48,740 bases of DNA, taken from Seison nebaliae (taxonomy: Eukaryota). This document shows, in pieces, positions 48,103 through 48,740 of the stretch; position 1 is the stretch's first letter, and every line of letters begins with the position of its first letter. A model generated the notes under the pieces. The model made no database searches. It saw nothing but the letters and a program-made list of their open reading frames with translations, and had not been told where the DNA came from. Position numbers and translations under genes: made by a program. The stretch is from assembly GCA_023231475.1 (NCBI GenBank), contig JALJEE010002335.1, forward strand, positions 62,001-110,740. The letters are read 5' to 3'.

Positions 48103-48408
48103 ATGTATCACACCAAACGATCACCAAAGAATCACCAAAGAAAAATTGCAACATCAGATAAATGGTGCTATTGTACTAAAAAAGCCGAATGAAAGATGTA
48201 CATTATGTGTGACAACCAGGATTGTCCATTCCAATGGCTGCATTCCAATGGTGTAGGAGTACGAAGAAAAATCCCAAGAAAATGATTTTGCTCAGCCTAC
48301 TGTTTCGACAACGCATTCTTCGGGAATGGAAGAGATGTAAGAAGAGTATCTGAAAGAAGAGAAAATGACATCAGCAAAGGTGAAAAGAAGAGTGAAGAAG
48401 AAATATAG
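48103..48408 (+). pseudogene. Decayed ING-type PHD-finger ORF (likely transposon-derived)
   Basis: MYH...WCYCTKKAE*KMYIMCDNQDCPFQWLHSNGVGVRRKIPRK*FCSAYC. TGA stops at 48190 and 48283, and one Zn-ligand Cys appears as Gly (GGT). Confidence 0.75.
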
Positions 48409-48740
48409 ATGTGAAAAAGGAAATTAGGAAACGATATAAACAGCGATCGAGAAATCGAAAAAATATATTTTCATTAAAACTATTATTGAAAATAATTAAT
48501 TCGATTTATTATTTATAAATAAAGTTATACCGATTACAAAACGAAGATTATATAAGTTTTGATACCGAAATTAAGTCTTGAGTTTAAAAAAATTATAAAA
48601 ATATATAGATAATATATTCATATACAATAGTATAATATTTGTATATACATATTCAAATATATCAATAGAGTGATATATAATTTTCTAGCCGTCATTAATC
48701 CGTATCACTTTCTACTAAAACTCCTGTAATCTTTTCAAAT

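Noticed and set aside
48190..48285. TGA recoding (selenocysteine or Trp) in the PHD ORF
   Set aside because: The TGAs align to Gly and Trp, not Cys. A Zn-ligand Cys is also mutated, and TGA is a normal stop in neighbouring genes. Decay is the simpler explanation.

Overview
This is AT-rich, gene-dense eukaryotic (metazoan) genomic DNA with very small spliceosomal introns (about 39-69 nt). Compactness and gene content suggest a small-genome invertebrate, possibly a spiralian/syndermatan; this is inference only. I spliced the genes by hand. They are: the 3' end of an unknown gene, an LRR protein, PLK4, two tandem divergent SLC7/CAT-like permeases, VWA8, an atypical HNF/HMBOX-type homeobox gene, a small secreted Cys-rich peptide, SLC5A7, a pseudouridine glycosidase-kinase, a third CAT-like permease spliced onto a ~1060-aa repeat tail, MYCBPAP, an in-frame EEF1AKMT2(METTL10)-UROS fusion, and two related secreted orphans with oppositely charged tails. 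There are also several decayed LINE fragments. The most notable observations are: (1) 41 of 46 inferred introns start GTT and none uses GTAAGT or GTGAGT; (2) the methyltransferase-uroporphyrinogen III synthase fusion; (3) a ~320-nt multibranch structured element with three repeated hairpins directly upstream of a decayed ING-type PHD-finger ORF; (4) the permease with a giant repeat tail; (5) RFX X-boxes upstream of cilium/centriole genes. All family assignments are from recalled motifs; no database search was run.
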